This document shows, piece after piece, positions 10,828-19,547 of a DNA stretch of 64,000 nt; position 1 is the stretch's first letter, and the number at the start of each line of letters is the position of its first letter. Both the position numbers and the translations under genes were made by a program. The notes beneath the pieces were generated by a model. It was not told the DNA's origin. It saw only the letters and a list, made by a program, of their open reading frames with translations, and did no database searches. Origin of the DNA: an uncultured Gammaproteobacteria bacterium (GTDB taxonomy: Bacteria; Pseudomonadota; Gammaproteobacteria; UBA9214); assembly GCA_963748215.1 (NCBI GenBank), contig CAVVHS010000006.1:288001-352000 (forward strand), in the 5' to 3' direction.

Positions 10828-11736
10828 CGTAAGATTGCAGTCGCTTCAGATGTGATGACGCTGTAACACTTTATAATTGTAATGGAATTCTGATGAGTAT
10901 AGCTATTGTCAGAAGTGTTTGGCCCATGAGTTGGCTTTTTTGGCTGCAAGCTGTCATGGCCTTGTTCTGAAGAAGTGATGATGGACTTGCAGGATTATCG
11001 GCCCTCGGGATGCATCCCGGTTTAGAAAACACTGCTGTTTAGTCCTGTTTTCTGATGTCCCGGGTATCTGCGCGCTCCCCTGACAGTATGCATTCAGCTG
11101 CTGTGATCTGTTGTCTGTCGAACGCGGATGCCATTGCTTTTCCCCGAGTGACCTGTAAACGCTGTACTGACCAGCGCAGACCGGGCCGGTATCTGCCCTG
11201 TACAGGGTAGACTGACATCCAATAGCTCAAAATTGCCTGTTTTGCGGGTTTACCGGGGCGGCGCCAACCGCCGGCGACCTTTCTGATCATCGGTGTGGGC
11301 GGTGTGGACAGCATGGCTGCCTGAACAGACAGACGGAAACACTCGAGTGCAATATTCTCGATTTATCCCTGGGGGCTGATCAACATATAACACCGCGGTC
11401 ATCAACGCTGGATATACATCTGCAATTACAGGGTATACAGGAAGGTTTCATCTGCTATACATAAATCTGGTTCTCTACAAACGCTGTTAATGGTACTCAA
11501 TAGACAGATAGCCAGGTCTGTTACGACATGTACACCGGGCAACAGTTCATAAAGCGTCGTTTCGGGGTAAGGTTTGTGACTGCAATCGCATCACGAAGCA
11601 TCCGGCCCGTCAACTTGCCATGGCACGTTTCACCTGCTTATACAGTCACTCGAAGGGTGGCTTTGTATATCACAACAATCAGGCCGTATTGCTAGCGAAT
11701 GCCTGCTGCTTACCGGGAAACAAGGGAGGAGTGACC

Positions 11737-12066
11737 ATGACGATATCCGGCCGAGTACACACTGTTGCAGACAACGGGTCTTTGACGATCAGGATCAGCG
11801 GCCCATTGGATCTGTTGCTGACCCTGGCGTTGCGAGAATCCTGCCATGATACCGGTGCAGCCTACCATCGCTATATCGTGGACTTCCAGCAAGTTAGCGT
11901 TGTTCGTGATTCCGGGTTTGCGCTGCTGCTCATGCTGAAGCGCTGGGCAAACCAGGCCGACGCCACGTTGTATGCGATCAATGGTAACAGGGAGTTGATG
12001 CACCGCTGCTTGACGCTGGGTATTCGATTGGCCAGACGAGATGCCGGCAGAGTGTCAGCCTGCTGA
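11737..12066 (+). CDS. Small STAS-domain protein
   Basis: RBS GGAGGA then ATG 11737; LTIRISGPLD...YIVDFQQVSVVRDSGFALLLML STAS pattern. Confidence 0.7.
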   Translation: MTISGRVHTVADNGSLTIRISGPLDLLLTLALRESCHDTGAAYHRYIVDFQQVSVVRDSGFALLLMLKRWANQADATLYAINGNRELMHRCLTLGIRLARRDAGRVSAC

Positions 12067-12457
12067 CGCTAACAGCTGTGGTTTTTGGCCGAATTACAAC
12101 ATTCTCCAAGCAAGTCCGGGTTAGTAGATGCCCTTGCTGAAGCCGGAAAGCAGAAAGAATTAGTCTGAGTACATACACACGGCCATACATGGAGATTCGA
12201 TAGACCTGTTCGATACGGAGGGTTGCCAGCATAGCAATGTGTTTTTGCGCCTGGTGTAAACAGGCTCATGGCGTTAGTGCCGCAAGGTACCTTCTCAGCG
12301 CGAGGGTGAAGCTTGCAGAAGATCCGCAAGCATCGCGGTTAATTGAACCAGCTGCGGGTATCCTCCCTTGGTTGGATTCCGGTTTGGATCCCGAGACCCC
12401 TGCATGAATGAGGCCCCCGAAGGAGCCTCTAAAATATTATGAAATTATTCATATATT

Positions 12458-12502
12458 TGGTGGGCGATACTGGGATTGAACCAGTCACCCCAGCCGTGTG
12501 AA
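12458..12502 (-). repeat. Duplicated 3' 45 bp of tRNA-Val (att site)
   Basis: TGGTGGGCGATACTGGGATTGAACCAGTCACCCCAGCCGTGTGAA matches 18376-18420 at 43/45 positions. Confidence 0.92.
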
Positions 12503-12601
12503 TCGTTGTCAGGCCCGTTCTGTTTCGGGGTGTTGCAAAATATCACAAGCAATATGAATCACGTAGCCTGTTGCGCGGTATGGCCGGATTACGCGGGATT
12601 G

Positions 12602-12695
12602 CGTTCGCGGTGTGACAAAAGTGTGACAAGAAATCGGTCTGTGGAATGACCCAATGAGCGGCTTTGTTTGCGAACAAACCTCGACGATATTTGTC
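12602..12695. repeat. Non-coding element, copy B, with an 11-bp-spaced GTGTGACA direct repeat
   Basis: GTGTGACAAAAGTGTGACA core; similar to 2009-2112. Confidence 0.5.
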
Positions 12696-12784
12696 GCTGT
12701 GTTTATGTGAGGAAAGGGTGTAGCAACCAATTCGTATTACGCAGGTGAAGGATGGAAATAATCCGGAATGGTGCTCTCTATCTG

Positions 12785-14201
12785 TTATTCCCTGTGCTGC
12801 CCCGGTTTCAGTTCATTCCACATCCAGCGGCTGTCATAGGGAGTTTGTCCCTGACTTGCGGCGCGACGCAGTTCGTTGTTCTCCAGGTGTTTCAGCCACT
12901 CGAAGACCTGTTCACGGCCCTTTTTGCTGCGGGCGCATTGCCGCGGGTCTTGTCGCCAAGCGCAGGAACCGGTTCATCCAGTACCCAGCGGTAGTGTTGG
13001 TCCAGGGTGTGCTGGATGATTTCGGCAGCGATCTCGGGGGCGATGCTGTCAGCCGGTTCCCGTTGATCAGTGTCCTGTCGTTCCGTGTCACGTTCCTCCA
13101 GCAATTGCTCGGGCGTCTGCAGCGAAATCAGGGCCGGGCCGATGAGACCCTGCAGGAGTGACTCCAGCACAGCCTGTCCGCGCTGTGCCCGTTCTGAGGA
13201 GTTGGTGACAAGCTTCAGGACTCCGGGTGTCAATTCCAGTATGCCGCTGAGCGGGAGCTGGCCGTTTCTCAGAGATTCTATGGCCATGCGGTTGCGTGGC
13301 TTGCCGGGTGCAATATCTGTCTCCGGCAGCCAGCTCCAGGTATGCCCATCCGGGCTGTCGCGTTCCCAGTCGGCTGCATCATCGAGTCGACGTGCTATTT
13401 CATCAAGGTGTTCGGCAAGAAACGGAAAGCGGGTCTCGCAAAATACCAGCGCCTCGCCGTCGCGGTTGACCAGTTCCGGTAGCGGTTGCTGCAGGCGTTC
13501 CGGGGTATCCATGACCCAGATGCCGGTGAAGGCAGGGCAGGCATCCTGCAGAAAGCGTTTCTCCAGATCTTCCTGTGATAACATCTGCTCCACGGTTTCC
13601 TTGTCAGCCAGTCGTGCGAGCTTTTTATCGAATCGTTTGCGTGAGTCTGCCAGCACCTTGAGCAGTTTCCGTGAGGCTTCCCGGGGATACGGCAGGATGC
13701 TGCCGGAAAAACCAGTCTTGTCATTCACGCTCAGTATGCGGGCCGCGATGTGGTCCCATCTGGTCATGCCTTGGGTGCCCATGTGTTCATGGACACGGAT
13801 CGTTGCGCCACCACGGACCTGGTCGCGCAGATCGCAGTGCTGGCCAGGAGAGACTTCGACTACTTCATAGAGGGAAAGTACGGAATCGCACAGTTGTTGC
13901 AGGTAACGGCGACCGGGAACGCTCTCACGCCAACCGCGGCGCTGCAGATAGTCATCGATGAGGTTACGTTCAACCGGTAGACGACGGCTGATAAAGTCCT
14001 CGAATATCACACCAAACAGCATGCCCCCGAAGCCGTGTTCCTCCAACTCCTGAATGAGCACTTCCTGTGTGATGTCAGTGCGATCGCACACGGAGCGAGA
14101 TGGGCGTCGAACACAGCTGCCTGTTCCTCTGACCACTCAGGCCGCTTCGCCCAGTTCATGATATTGCGGATGGCCTTGTCAGTTTCGCTGCGCTTTCCCA
14201 T
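12785..14201 (-). pseudogene. Conserved hypothetical protein with a C-terminal Xre/MbcA/ParS-C-like (DUF2384-like) segment; two frameshifts (~14095, ~12945)
   Basis: Reads across three frames: MGKRSETDKAIRNIMNW...HLAP / VCDRTD...LSLYEVVEV.PG...LRD... / QHYRWVLDEPVPALGDKT / RQCARSKKGREQVFEWLKHLEN...WMWNELK; TAA at 12785-12787. Confidence 0.6.
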
Positions 14202-14498
14202 GCACGGTATTCTATGCATGGAAGAATGGAGTGGACAGGGCGAGTGTACGTTGTAGATGCGATCGATTTCGGACCTTTAAATACGGCACATATAATCATG
14301 GACTTAAGGGCGGGAGTCGACCTTAAGTTGCCGTTTAGTCGATGGTTATATAAACAGTGCCTTAAAGAGAAAGAACAACCCAATGTGACATGCTTGACAT
14401 GCCCAGCGGGGTTATTTCTGGCTAACATTACTCAATCACTACCCGGTAATCCAGCCAGAAAGACCCGCTCACAATGAAGAGATGAGGTGAATTAAGAC

Positions 14499-16946
14499 AT
14501 GGATTGGATCAAGGAGAAAATGTATCAGGACCGGCTCCGACGCGAGAGAATACCTCAGCACGGGCAGGCTGTTGTACCAGTTCATCCTCAGGAGGCGAAT
14601 TCGAAGGTGGCTCGCGGTCGATGTTCTCAGTTTCTATCCACTAACCAGAAGCTAGCCTGGCTGATGCTTGGTGTGGTTTCCGGTGCAATGTTCGTCATCG
14701 TGGTTTGGTGGTCTGAATCGAACGACTTGGGAGTTGGTGCAGGAATCAAGGGGATGTTAAGTAGTTTGACGGAGCATCGACTGTCTGGCGAGCTACCGGC
14801 ACAACCTTTCACGACAGAAGAAACCAGAGGGGATCTCAAACAGGGTGCCATATCCCGGCTAGAAGTACTGCCGCCCACGGCAGCTGGTATGGGGGACGTC
14901 GGTACTTCGGCGGGCAAGGATATAGACAAGTCCATGAATACTACGAACAGTACACTCCTTGCAAAATCAGACAACCTTCCTGTTACTGCCGAAGTTCAGC
15001 CACATGAAACAATAAGTGATACTGGCCCAGCAATGAGTGAAGTGCCATCCGCGGATGACACCATAATGCGCGTGCAGAAATTGGCTGAGTCCGGAGATGC
15101 CAAGGCACAAAACATCCTCGGAATGATGTACGCCACCGGCAATGGCGTGCCGAAGAATGCTGCCAAGGCAGCAGAGTGGTATCTGAAGGCGGCGGCGCAG
15201 GGAGATGCCAAGGCACAGTACAACCTCGGAATAATGTATGCCATCGGCGATGGTGTGCCGATTGACCCTGGTAAAGCCATGGATTGGCTTCAGAAGGCGG
15301 CCGAGCAGGGAGATGTCAGCGCACAATTTAAACTCGGCGTGATGTACAGAAGCGGCGAAGGCGTGCCGAAGGATGCTGCCAAGGCAGCCGAGTGGTTCAA
15401 GAAGGCGGCGGCGCAGGGAAGTGTCAATGCACAAACCATTCTAGGAATAATGTATGCCACCGGCGAAGGCCTGCCGAAGGATAGCGCCAAGGCAGCAGAG
15501 TGGGATCAGAAGTCGGCGGCGCAGGGAGATGCCAAGGTACAGAACAACCTCGGGGTGATGTATGCCACTGGCGATGGTGTACCGATGGACCCTGGTAAAG
15601 CCATGGATTGGCTTCAGAAGGCGGCCGAGCAGGGAGATGCCAGCGCACAATTCAACCTAGGCGTGATGTACAGAAGCGGCGACGGTGTGCCGAAGGATGC
15701 TGCCAAGGCAGCCGAGTGGTTCAAGAAGTCGGCGGCGCAGGGAGATGCCAGCGCACAATTCAACCTAGGAGCGATGTACGCCACCGGCGAAGGCGTGCCG
15801 AAGGATGCTGCCAAGGCAGCAGAGTGGTATCAGAAGTCGGCGGCGCAGGGAGATGCCAGCGCACAATTCAACCTAGGAGCGATGTACGCCACCGGCGAAG
15901 GCGTGCCGAAGGATGCCGCCAAGGCAGCAGAGTGGTATCAGAAGTCGGCGGCGCAGGGAAATACCAAGGCACAGAACAACCTCGGGGTGATGTATGCCAC
16001 TGTCGATGGTGTACCGATGGACCCTGGTAAAGCCATGGAATGGCTTCAGAAGGCGGCGGAGCAGGGAGATGCCAGTGCACAATTTAAACTCGGCGTGATG
16101 TACAGAAGCGGCGACGGTGTGCCGAAGGATGCTGCCAAGGCAGCCGAGTGGTTCAAGAAGGCGGCGGCGCAGGGAAATGTCAATGCACAATTCAACCTCT
16201 GGGTGATGCATAGAGCCGGCGAAGGCGTGCCGAAGGATGCCGCTGAAGCCATGGAATGGCTTCAGAAGGCAGCGGCACAGGGACATGCCAATGCACAATT
16301 CAACCTCGGGGAGATGTATGCCACTGGTGATGGTGTGCCGATGGACCCTGGTAAAGCCATGGAATGGCTTCAGAAGGCAGCGGCGCGGGGAGATGCCAAG
16401 GCACAGAACAACCTCGGAATAATGTATGCCACTGGCGATGGTGTGCCGATGGACCCTGCTAATGCCATGAAATGGCTTCAGCAGTCGGCGATGCAGGGAT
16501 ATTCAAACGCACAATTCAACCTAGGCGTGATGTACGCCACAGGCGAAGGCGTGCCGAAGAATGCTGCAAAGGCAATAGAGTGGTATCAGAAGTCGGCGGA
16601 GCAGGGAGATGTCAGCGCACAATTTAAACTCGGAGTGATGTACAGAAGCGGCGAAGGAATGCCGAAGAATGCCGTCAAGGCAGCAGAGTGGTTCAAGAAG
16701 GCGGCGGCGCAAGGAGATGCCGATGCACAATTCAACCTCGGGGTGATGTACAACACGGGCGAAGGCGTGTCGAAGGATTTGATATTAGCTTATGCATGGT
16801 TGACTCTGGCTGCGGCACAGGATGTTAAGAATGCATCAAAAACACGTGACATGCTCGAATTGAATTCAGTCCAGCGTATAGAGGCGGAGCGTATGTCATC
16901 TAATTGGACTACTGGGCAAGTGCTACAGCGGGATGGCGTGCCATAA
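14499..16946 (+). CDS. Membrane-anchored Sel1-like repeat protein (16 repeats)
   Basis: TM segment near residues 52-70, a low-complexity linker, then 36-aa units G.A.AQ.NLG.MY..G.GVP.D..KA.EW..KAA.Q. Confidence 0.92.
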   Translation: MDWIKEKMYQDRLRRERIPQHGQAVVPVHPQEANSKVARGRCSQFLSTNQKLAWLMLGVVSGAMFVIVVWWSESNDLGVGAGIKGMLSSLTEHRLSGELPAQPFTTEETRGDLKQGAISRLEVLPPTAAGMGDVGTSAGKDIDKSMNTTNSTLLAKSDNLPVTAEVQPHETISDTGPAMSEVPSADDTIMRVQKLAESGDAKAQNILGMMYATGNGVPKNAAKAAEWYLKAAAQGDAKAQYNLGIMYAIGDGVPIDPGKAMDWLQKAAEQGDVSAQFKLGVMYRSGEGVPKDAAKAAEWFKKAAAQGSVNAQTILGIMYATGEGLPKDSAKAAEWDQKSAAQGDAKVQNNLGVMYATGDGVPMDPGKAMDWLQKAAEQGDASAQFNLGVMYRSGDGVPKDAAKAAEWFKKSAAQGDASAQFNLGAMYATGEGVPKDAAKAAEWYQKSAAQGDASAQFNLGAMYATGEGVPKDAAKAAEWYQKSAAQGNTKAQNNLGVMYATVDGVPMDPGKAMEWLQKAAEQGDASAQFKLGVMYRSGDGVPKDAAKAAEWFKKAAAQGNVNAQFNLWVMHRAGEGVPKDAAEAMEWLQKAAAQGHANAQFNLGEMYATGDGVPMDPGKAMEWLQKAAARGDAKAQNNLGIMYATGDGVPMDPANAMKWLQQSAMQGYSNAQFNLGVMYATGEGVPKNAAKAIEWYQKSAEQGDVSAQFKLGVMYRSGEGMPKNAVKAAEWFKKAAAQGDADAQFNLGVMYNTGEGVSKDLILAYAWLTLAAAQDVKNASKTRDMLELNSVQRIEAERMSSNWTTGQVLQRDGVP
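15093..16820 (+). repeat. 16 x 108-bp tandem coding repeat
   Basis: Units start every 108 bp from 15093; units 7 and 8 (15741, 15849) differ by one nucleotide. Confidence 0.92.
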
Positions 16947-17138
16947 GCGAACACTAACACCTTGTGGATGGCGAATTCCTATTCGTCTCGAGATTCCGGC
17001 TTAAACTGGACACGGGGTGTTTACGATTTTTCAACAGTGAACTTTGAAGTGTTCCACTGAGCGTCTAAAATATTTACTCGAAACCAGCCAAAACGACGGC
17101 TTGTTGACCTAAAATCGCGCTAATTCAGACGCGGCAAA

Positions 17139-17909
17139 GGATTTTACCCCGACTTCACGGACACATTCATATAGGCTGATAATGTGCCTGGAGGTGTGTC
17201 ATGTCAAAGCGCAGGAACAAGATGGAGCCATGGCATTCCTGGGCCTGGGTAAGGCGCGGGACGAAGAGATGGCACAGCTCAAGTTCGAGCTGGCACGGGT
17301 AAAAAAGGAACGGGATTTTTTTGCAAGAAGCGGCAGTGTTCTTCGCGAAAGCGTCGAAATGAGATACCGAATGATCCAACGTTGTCGCGATGCCTTTCAC
17401 GATTCGGTTGATGTGTCGCTGCTTGAAGGTCTCACCGGGTGGCTTCGGGCTGGCGAGATCGACCGCTGAGTGCCAGGGCCAAAGACAATCAGCGCCTGCT
17501 GGGTCGTATCCGTTCGTTGCATACAGACAGTGACGGTGTGCTGGGCAGCCCGCGTATCTGGGATGACCTGGTGGCAACGCGAAGATCGCGCACCGGTCAT
17601 CTTGCACTCGTGTCGCGGTTGTCAGTTCACCAGGGGCGAGTATCAGCGCTTCCTGAAAGGCCATAACCTGGTCTGCAGCATGAGTGCCGTGGGCAGTTGC
17701 GCTATCAATGCGGCCATAGAAGGGTTCTTTGGCATGTTGAAACGGGAGCGCGTTAACCGCCGGATTTACCGAACACGGGCCGAGGCCAGGGCTGATGTCT
17801 TTGACTACATCGAACGTTTCCACAACCCGAGAAGGAGGCGGAGACTTGAAACGGTTAAACAGAAGGAATTACTCTTAACTCAACCGTCCATGGAAACGGG
17901 GTAAAACCC
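17139..17909 (+). mobile_element. Internally deleted IS3-family element
   Basis: Terminal inverted repeats GGATTTTACCCC... and ...GGGGTAAAACCC; orfA tail (ELARVKKERDF) and orfB fragments (GSPRIW; LHSCRGCQF, SMSAVGSC..NAAIEGFFGMLKRE, IERFHNPRRR). Only ~770 bp. Confidence 0.85.
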
Positions 17910-18021
17910 GAGCCACCGAGGAGGCATCAAGGTTTCATCGTGCGACCTTGATACTAAACCGGGGCTGTCGGCGATCCGACCGAGGGAAACCGGGAATTGT
18001 CGGGGGAGGGTGCGATCTGAT

Positions 18022-18051
18022 AAAAAACGGCGCCACGGAGAGAGACGCCGT
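18022..18051 (-). terminator. Intrinsic terminator, minus strand
   Basis: ACGGCGTC-loop-GGCGCCGT 8-bp stem followed by a T run on the minus strand. Confidence 0.55.
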
Positions 18052-18375
18052 AATTCCATCTGTTGGCACATTGGGGGAAAGACTGCGCCAACGCTTGTCA
18101 TGGACAGGTATACGGTACTCGGTTGCCGGATCGCGACTCCATAGGCAGCAGGTCAGTGGAGGGTAAAATTAAGTGATCGTTCTGGCCATCCTGCGGGGTG
18201 GCTTTGCTCGCCCTGGATGCGATCTGGCATATCGGGAGAGGGTGCAATCCTTCCTTGTTTAAGGCAGAAAACACTGTTCCGTTAACAGGATGAAAATGCC
18301 GGAAATGAATATCCGTACTAGTACCCGTACAACCTTGAAAACTTGTAGTTATACTGCGTAAGCCATTGAAAAATA

Positions 18376-18450
18376 TGGTGGGCGATACTGGGATTGAACC
18401 AGTGACCCCTGCCGTGTGAAGGCAGTGCTCTCCCGCTGAGCTAATCGCCC
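18376..18450 (-). tRNA. tRNA-Val (anticodon CAC)
   Basis: GGGCGATTAGCTCAGCGGGAGAGCACTGCCTTCACACGGCAGGGGTCACTGGTTCAATCCCAGTATCGCCCACCA forms a cloverleaf with anticodon arm CTGCC-TTCACAC-GGCAG and encoded CCA. Confidence 0.97.
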
Positions 18451-18609
18451 GTATCAATGCGAGCCAATAGGGTATTGGTTTAGTCAGGCTCGGTCAATCA
18501 TCGGCAGGCTCAGGCAGCATCCGGCTTGCGCAGCCGGCCGCTCTCGCGTCCCAATTTGCGCAGACTTTCCTGTAACATGCGGGCGACAGTAATCCTGCTT
18601 CCGAATGCC

Positions 18610-19332
18610 ATGCGCCACAGCCAGTTGACAACAGAAACGCGCAGCGATGCACGCCAGTGCCTGCGACGCTGCGTGCTGTTCTCAAAGCTGCCCGATGCGC
18701 AGTTCGAGCGCATCCTGGAGCATACCCGCGCAGTAGCGCTCGACGAGGGCGATGTGCTGTTCGAGCAGCACCAGCCGGCGAAGGAGGTCTTCCTGTTGCG
18801 CAGCGGACAGGTGAAACTTGCGCTGGTGTCTCCCGAGGGCCATGAGAAGGTCATCGACCTGATCTCGCCCGGCGGTACGTTTGCCGAGGCCATCATGTTT
18901 TCCGGTACCCGTGTCTACCCGGTCACGGCCACGGCGCTGGTCAGCAGCAGCGTCTGGGGGGTCAACGCGGGGACCTACGAGGACATCCTGCGGGTATCGA
19001 CCGATGCCTGTTTCGCGGTGCTGGCACAGATGAGCCGGCGCCTGCACTGGCAGATCGCCGAGATCGACCGCCTGACCCTGCACAATGCCGCCTTCCGGGT
19101 GATCGCCTATCTGCTGGACCAGGTGCCCAGCACCGACCTGGACGCCAGCGTGATCCACCTGGATACGCCCAAGCATGTCATTGCCTCGCGCCTGTCCATC
19201 ACGCCGGAGACCCTGTCGCGTACCTTCGCCAGGCTGGGCCGGGACGGTTACCTGCAGATCGAGGACAACTCGGTGCGCATCCAGGACATCGAGAAACTGC
19301 GTACCTACATACGCAACGGCGGTGTCGTCTAG
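18610..19332 (+). CDS. Crp/Fnr-family regulator, DNR/NnrR-like
   Basis: cNMP-like domain (LFEQ...SGQVKL...EKVI...FAEA), HTH IASRLSITPETLSR; no FNR N-terminal Cys cluster; sits next to nor/nir genes. Confidence 0.85.
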   Translation: MRHSQLTTETRSDARQCLRRCVLFSKLPDAQFERILEHTRAVALDEGDVLFEQHQPAKEVFLLRSGQVKLALVSPEGHEKVIDLISPGGTFAEAIMFSGTRVYPVTATALVSSSVWGVNAGTYEDILRVSTDACFAVLAQMSRRLHWQIAEIDRLTLHNAAFRVIAYLLDQVPSTDLDASVIHLDTPKHVIASRLSITPETLSRTFARLGRDGYLQIEDNSVRIQDIEKLRTYIRNGGVV

Positions 19333-19447
19333 GGCATCTCTGATTAATTCGTCATGCCGGCGAAGGCCGGCATCCAGGTCATTGAAAACAGTGGATCCCG
19401 GCATGCGCCGGGATGACGATGAGTGAAATAAATCAGAGGTTCCCTAG
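19329..19447. mobile_element. MITE-like element (CTAG-flanked terminal inverted repeats) enclosing an RPE/REP-like palindrome
   Basis: CTAGGGCATCTCTGATTAATT ... AAATAAATCAGAGGTTCCCTAG inverted repeats; inner GTCATGCCGGCGAAGGCCGGCATCCA ... TGGATCCCGGCATGCGCCGGGATGAC. Confidence 0.7.
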
Positions 19448-19547
19448 ATGAGAATGATTACGAGAGTAATGAACCGGAAGTTGGCGATCTGTATTTAAAG
19501 TGTTTCGCTGACGACCACCACACAGTCGCCAGCATCACATCGCCAGG

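Larger units (their letters stand above)
12458..18420. mobile_element. Degenerate genomic island integrated at tRNA-Val(CAC), no integrase visible
   Basis: Bounded by the 45-bp direct repeat of the tRNA 3' half; AT-richer spacers, an IS remnant and a frameshifted gene inside. Confidence 0.75.

Noticed and set aside
10828-11736. Short ORFs or a riboswitch in the long intergenic region
   Set aside because: The ORFs lack RBS or motifs and I recognised no conserved RNA structure; probably divergent promoter DNA.
12458-12502. Second tRNA-Val gene
   Set aside because: Only the 3' 45 nt are present; the D-arm and 5' acceptor strand are missing.
15093-16820. Possible CRISPR array or DGR template
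   Set aside because: Units are contiguous 108-bp in-frame Sel1 codons with no unique spacers, no adenine-specific variation, and no cas or reverse transcriptase gene nearby.
16985-17015. IS-end-like sequence GATTCCGGCTTAAACTGGACAC
   Set aside because: No partner repeat or transposase remnant found; too short to support.
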